A stretch of DNA of 64,000 nucleotides. Source: Eledone cirrhosa. Its lineage: Eukaryota. Positions 55,590-64,000 of this stretch are shown here, piece after piece. The stretch covers positions 409,076,001 to 409,140,000 of the forward strand of contig OZ024741.1 in NCBI GenBank assembly GCA_964016885.1. Direction: 5' to 3'. The first letter of the stretch is position 1; each line of letters opens with the position of its first letter. Both the position numbers and the translations under genes were made by a program. A model generated the notes under the pieces. The model made no database searches. It was given only the letters and a program-made list of their open reading frames with translations, and was not told the DNA's origin.

Positions 55590-58500
55590 AGGAAGACTGT
55601 GTACCTATTTTAAAAGGGAGACTTACCTATTTTAAAAGGAAGACTGTACCTATTTTAAAAGGAAGACTGTACCTATTTTGAAAGGAAGACTGTGTACCTA
55701 TTTTAAAAGGGAGACTGTACCTATTTTAAAATAAGACTCTACCTATTTTAAAAGGAAGACTGTACCTATTTTAAAAGGAAGACTGTGTACCTATTTTAAA
55801 AGGCAGACTGTAACTATTTTAAAAGGATGACTCTACCTATTTTAAAAGGAAGACTGTACCTATTTTAAAAGGAAGACTGTGTACCTATTTTAAAAGTTGG
55901 ACTGTACCGATTTTAAAATGAAGACTGTGTACCTGTTTTAAAAGGGAGACTGTGTACCTATTTTAAAAGGGAGATTGTGTACCTATTTTAAAAGGAAGAC
56001 TGTACCTATTTTAAAATGAAGACTGTGTACCTGTTTTAAAAGGGAGATTGTGTACCTATTTTAAAAGGGAGACTGTGTACCTATTTTAAAAGGAAGACTT
56101 ACCTATTTTAAAAGGAAGACTGTGTACCTATTTTAAAAGGGAGACTGTACCTATTTTAAAAGGAAGACTGTGTACGTATTTTAAAAGGGAGACTGTGTAC
56201 CTATTTTATAAAGAAGACTGTACCTATTTTAAAAGGAAGACTCTACCTATTTTAAAAGGAAGACTGTGTACCTATTTTAAAAGGGAGACTGCACCTATTT
56301 TAAAAGGGAGATTGTACCTATTTTAAAAGGAAGACTGTACCTATTTTAGAAGGAAGACTGTACCTATTTTAAAAGGAAGACTGTGTACCTATTTTAAAAG
56401 GAAGACTTACCTATTTCAAAAGGAAGACTATGTACCTATTTTAAAAGGGAGACTGTGTACCTATTTTAAGAGGAAGAAGATACCTATTTTAAAAGGAAGA
56501 CCGTGTACCTATTTTAAAAGGGAGACTGTACCTATTTTAAAAGGAAGACTGTACCTATTTTAAAAGGAAGACTGTACATATTTTAAAAGGAAGACTGTGT
56601 ACCTATTTTAAAAGGGAGACTGTGTACCTATTTTAAAAGGAAGACTGTACCTATTTTAAAAGGAAGACTGTACCTATTTTAAAAGGAAGACTGTACCTAT
56701 TTTAAAAAGAAGACTGTACCTATTTTAAAAGGAAGACTGTACCTATTTTAAAAGGAAGATTGTGTACCTATTTTAAAAGAGAGTCTGTACCTATTTTAAA
56801 AGGAAGACTGTACTTATTTTAAAAGGAAGACTGTACCTATTTTAAAAGGGAGACTGTGTACCTATTTTAAAAGGGAGACTGTACCTATTTTAAAAGGAAG
56901 ACTGTGTACCTGTTTTAAAAGGGAGACTGTACCTATTTTAAAAGGGAGACTGTACCTATTTTAAAAGGGAGACTGTACCTATTTTAAAAGGAAGACTGTA
57001 CCTATTTTAAAAGGAAGACTGTGTACCTATTTTAAAAGGAAGGCTGTGTACCTATTTTAAAAGGGAGACTATGTACCTATTTTAAAAGGAAGCAGATACC
57101 TATTTTAAAAGGAAGACTGTGTACCTATTTTAAAAGGGAGACTGTACCTATTTTAAAAGGAAGACTGTATCTATTTTAAAAGGAAGACTGTACCTATTTT
57201 AAAAGGGAGACTGTGTACCTATTTTAAAAGGGAGACTGTACCTATTTTAAAAGGAAGACTGTGTACCTGTTTTAAAAGGGAGACTGTACCTATTTTAAAA
57301 GCGAGACTGTACCTATTTTAAAAGGGAGACTGTACCTATTTTAAAAGGGAGACTGTACCTATTTTAAAAGGAAGACTGTACCTATTTTAAAAGAAAGACT
57401 GTGTACCTATTTTAAAAGGAAGGCTGTGTACCTATTTTAAAAGGGAGACTATGTACCTATTTTAAGAGGAAGCAGATACCTATTTTAAAAGGAAGACTGT
57501 GTACCTATTTTAAAAGGGAGACTGTACCTATTTTAAAAGGAAGACTGTATCTATTTTAAAAGGAAGACTGTACCTATTTTAAAAGGAAGACTGTGTACCT
57601 ATATTAAAAGGGAGACTGTACGTATTTTAAAAGGAAGACTGTGTACCTATTTTTATAGGGAGACTTACCTATTTTAAAAGGAAGACTGTACCTATTTTAA
57701 AAGGAAGACTGTACCTATTTTGAAAGGAAGACTGTGTACCTATTTTAAAAGGGAGACTGTACCTATTTTAAAAGGAAGACTCTACCTATTTTAAAAGGAA
57801 GACTGTACCTATTTTAAAAGGAAGACTGTGTACCTATTTTAAAAGGGAGACTGTAACTATTTTAAAAGGATGACTCTACCTATTTTAAAAGGAAGACTGT
57901 ACCTATTTCAAAAAGGAAGACTGTGTACCTATTTTAAAAGGAAGACTGTACCGATTTTAAAATGAAGACTGTGTACCTGTTTTAAAAGGGAGACTGTGTA
58001 CCTATTTTAAAAGGGAGATTGTGTACCTATTTTAAAAGGAAGACTGTACCTATTTTAAAATGAAGACTGTGTACCTGTTTTAAAAGGGAGATTGTGTACC
58101 TATTTTAAAAGGGAGACTGTGTACCTATTTTAAAAGGAAGACTTACCTATTTTAAAAGGAAGACTGTGTACCTATTTTAAAAGGGAGACTGTACCTATTT
58201 TAAAAGGAAGACTGTGTACGTATTTTAAAAGGGAGACTGTGTACCTATTTTAAAAAGAAGACTGTACCTATTTTAAAAGGAAGACTCTACCTATTATAAA
58301 AGGAAGACTGTGTACCTATTTTAAAAGGGAGACTGCACCTATTTTAAAAGGGAGATTGTACCTATTTTAAAAGGAAGACTGTACCTATTTTAGAAGGAAG
58401 ACTGTACCTATTTTAAAAGGAAGACTGTGTACCTATTTTAAAAGGAAGACTTACCTATTTCAAAAGGAAGACTATGTACCTATTTTAAAAGGGAGACTGT

Positions 58501-59300
58501 GTACCTATTTTAAGAGGAAGAAGATACCTATTTTAAAAGGAAGACCGTGTACCTATTTTAAAAGGGAGACTGTACCTATTTTAAAAGGAAGACTGTACCT
58601 ATTTTAAAAGGAAGACTGTACATATTTTAAAAGGAAGACTGTGTACCTATTTTAAAAGGGAGACTGTGTACCTATTTTAAAAGGAAGACTGTACCTATTT
58701 TAAAAGGAAGACTGTACCTATTTTAAAAGGAAGACTGTACCTATTTTAAAAAGAAGACTGTACCTATTTTAAAAGGAAGACTGTACCTATTTTAAAAGGA
58801 AGATTGTGTACCTATTTTAAAAGAGAGTCTGTACCTATTTTAAAAGGAAGACTGTACTTATTTTAAAAGGAAGACTGTACCTATTTTAAAAGGGAGACTG
58901 TGTACCTATTTTAAAAGGGAGACTGTACCTATTTTAAAAGGAAGACTGTGTACCTGTTTTAAAAGGGAGATTGTACCTATTTTAAAAGGGAGACTGTACC
59001 TATTTTAAAAGGGAGACTGTACCTATTTTAAAAGGAAGACTGTACCTATTTTAAAAGGAAGACTGTGTACCTATTTTAAAAGGAAGGCTGTGTACCTATT
59101 TTAAAAGGGAGACTATGTACCTATTTTAAGAGGAAGCAGATACCTATTTTAAAAGGAAGACTGTGTACCTATTTTAAAAGGGAGACTGTACCTATTTTAA
59201 AAGGAAGACTGTATCTATTTTAAAAGGAAGACTGTACCTATTTTAAAAGGAAGACTGTGTACCTATATTAAAAGGGAGACTGTGTACGTATTTTAAAACG
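55590..59300. repeat. Duplicated ~2044-bp HOR unit
   Basis: GGATGA 55825/57868, CCGATTTT 55907/57951, TAAGAGGAAGAAGA 56467/58511, GAGTCT 56781/58825. Confidence 0.85.
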
Positions 59301-61859
59301 AAGACTGTGTACCTATTTTAAAAGGGAGACTTACCTATTTTAAAAGGAAGACTGTACCTATTTTAAAAGGAAGACTGTACCTATTTAAAAGGAAGACTGT
59401 GTACCTATTTTAAAAGGGAGACTGTACCTATTTTAAAAGGAAGACTCTACCTATTTTAAAAGGAAGACTGTACCTATTTTAAAAGGAAGACTGTGTACCT
59501 ATTTTAAAAGGAAGACTGTACCTATTTTAAAATGAAGACTGTGTACCTGTTTTAAAAGGGAGACTGTGTACCTATTTTAAAAGGGAGACTGTGTACCTAT
59601 TTTAAAAGGAAGACTTACCTATTTTAAAAGGAAGACTGTGTACCTATTTTAAAAGGGAGACTGTACCTATTTTAAAAGGAAGACTGTGTACGTATTTTAA
59701 AAGGGAGACTGTGTACCTATTTTAAAAAGAAGACTGTACCTATTTTAAAAGGAAGACTCTACCTATTTTAAAAGGAAGACTGTGTACCTATTTTAAAAGG
59801 GAGACTGCACCTATTTTAAAAGGGAGATTGTACCTATTTTAAAAGGAAGACTGTACCTATTTTAGAAGGAAGAATGTACCTATTTTAAAAAGAAGACTGT
59901 GTACTTATTTTAAAAGGAAGACTGTACCTATTTCAAAAGGAAAACTATGTACCTATTTTAAAAGGGAGACTGTGTACCTATTTTAAGAGGAAGAAGATAC
60001 CTATTTTAAAAGGAAGACCGTGTACCTATTTTAAAAGGGAGACTGTACCTATTTTAAAAGGAAGAGTGTACCTATTTTAAAAGGAAGACTGTACATATTT
60101 TAAAAGGAAGACTGTGTACCTATTTTAAAAGGGAGACTGTGTACCTATTTTAAAAGGAAGATTGTACCTATTTTAAAAGGAAGACTGTACCTATTTTAAA
60201 AGGAAGACTGTACCTATTTTAAAAAGAAGACTGTACTTATTTTAAAAGGAAGACTGTACCTATTTTAAAAGGAAGATTGTGTACCTATTTTAAAAGAGAG
60301 ACTGTACCTATCTTAAAAGGAAGACTGTACTTATTTTAAAAGGAAGACTGTACCTATTTTAAAAGGGAGGCTGTGTACCTATTTTAAAAGGGAGACTGTA
60401 CCTATTTTAAAAGGAAGACTGTGTACTTGTTTTAAAAGGGAGACTGTACCTATTTTAAAAGGGAGACTCTACCTATTTTAAAAGGAAGACTGTACCTATT
60501 TTAAAAGGAAGACTGTACCTATTTTAAAAGGAAGACTGTACCTATTTTAAAAGGGAGACTGTGTACCTATTTTAAAAGGGAGACTGTACCTACTTTAAAA
60601 GGAAGACTGTGTACGTATTTTAAAAGGGAGATGTACCTATTTTAAAAAGAAGACTGTACCTATTTTAAAAGGAAGACTCTACATATTTTAAAAGGAAGAC
60701 CGTGTACCTATTTTAAAAGGGAGACTGCACCTATTTTAAAAGGAAGACTGTACCTATTTTAAAAGGAAGACTGTACCTATTTTGAAAGGAAGACTGTGTA
60801 CTTATTTTAAAAGGAAGACTGTGTACCTATTTTAAAAGGGAGACTATGTACCTATTTTAAGAGGAAGCAGATACCTATTTTAAAAGGAAGACTGTGTACC
60901 TATTTTAAAAGGGAGACTGTACCTATTTTAAAAGGAAGACTGTATCTATTTTAAAAGGAATACTGTACCTATTTTAAAAGGAAGACTGTGTACCTATATT
61001 AAAAGGGAGACTGTGTACGTATTTTAAAAGGAAGACTGTGTACCTATTTTAAAAGGGAGACTTACCTATTTTAAAAGGAAGACTGTACCTATTTTAAAAG
61101 GAAGACTGTACCTGTTTTAAAAGGAAGACTGTGTACCTATTTTAAAAGGGAGATTGTACCTATTTTAAAAGGAAGACTCTACCTATTTTAAAAGGAAGAC
61201 TGTACCTATTTTAAAAAGAAGACTATGTACCTATTTTAAAAGGAAGACTGTACCTATTTTAAAATGAAGACTGTGTACCTGTTTTAAATGGGAGACTGTG
61301 TACCTATTTTAAAAGGGAGACTGTGTACCTATTTTAAAAGGAAGACTTACCTATTTTAAAAGGAAGACTGTGTACCTATTTTAAAAGGGAGACTGTACCT
61401 ATTTTAAAAGGAAGACTGTGTACGTATTTTAAAAGGGAGACTGTGTACCTATTTTAAAAAGAAGACTGTACCTATTTTAAAAGGAAGACTCTACCTATTT
61501 TAAAAGGAAGACTGTGTACCTATTTTAAAAGGGAGACTGCACCTATTTTAAAAGGGAGATTGTACCTATTTTAAAAGGAAGACTGTACCTATTTTAGAAG
61601 GAAGACTGTACCTATTTTAAAAGGAAGACTGTACCTATTTTAAAAGGAAGACTGTGTACCTATTTTAAAAGGAAGACTGTACCTATTTTAAAATGAAGAC
61701 TGTGTACCTGTTTTAAAAGGGAGACTGTGTACCTATTTTAAAAGGGAGACTGTGTACCTATTTTAAAAGGAAGACTGTACCTATTTTAAAAGGAAGACTG
61801 TACCTATTTTAAAAAGAAGACTGTACCTATTTTAAAAGGAAGACTGTACCTATTTTAAA

Positions 61860-63300
61860 AGGGAGATTGTACCTATTTTAAAAGGAAGACTGTACCTATT
61901 TTAGAAGGAAGACTGTACCTATTTTAAAAGGAAGACTGTGTACTTATTTTAAAAGGAAGACTGTACCTATTTCAAAAGGAAGACTATGTACCTATTTTAA
62001 AAGGGAGACTGTGTACCTATTTTAAGAGGAAGAAGATACCTATTTTAAAAGGAAGACCGTGTACCTATTTTAAAAGGGAGACTGTACCTATTTTAAAAGG
62101 AAGACTGTACCTATTTTAAAAGGAAGACTGTGTACCTATTTTAAAAGGAAGACTGTACCTATTTTAAAATGAAGACTGTGTACCTGTTTTAAAAGGGAGA
62201 CTGTGTACCTATTTTAAAAGGGAGACTGTGTACCTATTTTAAAAGGAAGACTTACCTATTTTAAAAGGAAGACTGTGTACCTATTTTAAAAGGGAGACTG
62301 TACCTATTTTAAAAGGAAGACTGTGTACGTATTTTAAAAGGGAGACTGTGTACCTATTTTAAAAAGAAGACTGTACCTATTTTAAAAGGAAGACTCTACC
62401 TATTTTAAAAGGAAGACTGTGTACCTATTTTAAAAGGGAGACTGCACCTATTTTAAAAGGGAGATTGTACCTATTTTAAAAGGAAGACTGTACCTATTTT
62501 AGAAGGAAGACTGTACCTATTTTAAAAGGAAGACTGTGTACTTATTTTAAAAGGAAGACTGTACCTATTTCAAAAGGAAGACTATGTACCTATTTTAAAA
62601 GGGAGACTGTGTACCTATTTTAAGAGGAAGAAGATACCTATTTTAAAAGGAAGACCGTGTACCTATTTTAAAAGGGAGACTGTACCTATTTTAAAAGGAA
62701 GACTGTACCTATTTTAAAAGGAAGACTGTGTACCTATTTTAAAAGGAAGACTGTACCTATTTTAAAATGAAGACTGTGTACCTGTTTTAAAAGGGAGACT
62801 GTGTACCTATTTTAAAAGGGAGACTGTGTACCTATTTTAAAAGGAAGACTTACCTATTTTAAAAGGAAGACTGTGTACCTATTTTAAAAGGGAGACTGTA
62901 CCTATTTTAAAAGGAAGACTATGTACGTATTTTAAAAGGGAGACTGTGTACCTATTTTAAAAAGAAGACTGTACCTATTTTAAAAGGAAGACTCTACCTA
63001 TTTTAAAAGGAAGACTGTGTACCTATTTTAAAAGGGAGACTGCACCTATTTTAAAAGGGAGATTGTACCTATTTTAAAAGGAAGACTGTACCTATTTTAG
63101 AAGGAAGACTGTACCTATTTTAAAAGGAAAACTGTGTACCTATTTTAAAAGGAAGACTGTACCTATTTCAAAAGGAAGACTATGTACCTATTTTAAAAGG
63201 GAGACTGTGTACCTATTTTAAGAGGAAGAAGATACCTATTTTAAAAGGAAGACCGTGTACCTATTTTAAAAGGGAGACTGTACCTATTTTAAAAGGAAGA
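61860..63300. repeat. 598-bp (about 25-monomer) short HOR, ~2.4 tandem copies
   Basis: The TAAGAGGAAGAAGATACC marker starts at 62023, 62621 and 63219 (spacing 598, 598), with the same order of intervening variants. Confidence 0.85.
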
Positions 63301-64000
63301 CTGTACCGATTTTAAAAGGAAGACTGTACTTATTTTAAAAGGAAGACTGTGTACCTATTTTAAAAGGGAGACTGTGTACCTATTTTAAAAGGAAGACTGT
63401 ACCTATTTTAAAAGGAAGACTGTACCTATTTTAAAAGGAAGACTGTACCTATTTTAAAAAGAAGACTGTACCTATTTTAAAAGGAAGACTGTACCTATTT
63501 TAAAAGGAAGATTGTGTACCTATTTTAAAAGAGAGACTGTACCTATCTTAAAAGGAAGACTGTACTTATTTTAAAAGGAAGACTGTACCTATTTTAAAAG
63601 GGAGACTGTGTACCTATTTTAAAAGGGAGACTGTACCTATTTTAAAAAGAAGACTGTGTACCTATTTTAAAAGGAAGACTGTACCTATTTTAAAAGGAAG
63701 ACTGTACCTATTTTAAAAGGAAGACTGTACCTATTTTAAAAAGAAGACTGTACCTATTTTAAAAGGAAGACTGTACCTATTTTAAAAGGAAGATTGTGTA
63801 CCTATTTTAAAAGAGAGTCTGTACCTATTTTAAAAGGAAGACTGTACTTATTTTAAAAGGAAGACTGTACCTATTTTAAAAGGGAGACTGTGTACCTATT
63901 TTAAAAGGGAGACTGTACCTATTTTAAAAGGAAGACTGTGTACCTGTTTTAAAAGGGAGACTGTACCTATTTTAAAAGGGAGACTGTACCTATTTTAAAA

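Larger units (their letters stand above)
1..64000. repeat. Tandem satellite/minisatellite array, 23/25-bp monomer TATTTTAAAAGG(A/G)AGACT(GT)1-2ACC, extending beyond both window edges
   Basis: Seen directly: monomer 1-25 (TATTTTAAAAGGAAGACTGTGTACC, 25 bp), monomer 26-48 (23 bp), and so on without interruption to 64000. No non-repeat sequence or orientation switch was noticed. Confidence 0.99.

Noticed and set aside
1-64000. CRISPR array (repeat length 23-25 bp, partly palindromic)
   Set aside because: Repeats are directly adjacent, with no unique spacers, leader or cas genes.
1-64000. Telomerase-synthesised long telomeric repeat (like the 23-25 bp repeats of Candida or Kluyveromyces)
   Set aside because: It does not resemble those repeats as I know them and lacks a clear G-rich strand. 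Kb-scale inheritance of variant order implies DNA-level duplication rather than templated monomer addition. A recombination-maintained terminal array is not excluded.
1-64000. Repetitive protein gene or information-storing code in the monomer variants
   Set aside because: The palindromic TTAA puts TAA on both strands of nearly every monomer, and monomer lengths are not multiples of 3. The variant order is explained by nested duplications.
1-64000. Promoter/TATA-like or terminator elements, plasmid iterons
   Set aside because: AT-rich motifs are intrinsic to the monomer, and there is no adjacent gene, rep ORF or unique sequence to support a regulatory call.

Overview
The whole 64 kb window is one uninterrupted head-to-tail tandem satellite array of about 2,700 monomers (estimated from a ~23.7 bp mean length). 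The consensus is TATTTTAAAAGG(A/G)AGACT(GT)1-2ACC: mostly 23 and 25 bp units, with some 22 and 24 bp units, about 30% GC, all in the same orientation. I see no credible gene, RNA gene, transposon, CRISPR spacer or unique sequence, and the single ORF is a by-product of the repeat. The informative structure is in the order of variant monomers. They define a higher-order repeat (HOR) cycle of ~1.5-2.2 kb with nested duplications at offsets of 98, 237, 289, 598, 1455, ~2020-2210, 4951, 6570 and 8331 bp. The array also splits into regional sub-families marked by private variants. This fits a eukaryotic satellite (centromeric, pericentromeric or subtelomeric) evolving by unequal exchange or segmental amplification. 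I cannot identify the organism, the family or the function from sequence alone. I found no evidence for a protein-coding novel system. Offsets were read by eye from marker variants, and block boundaries are approximate.
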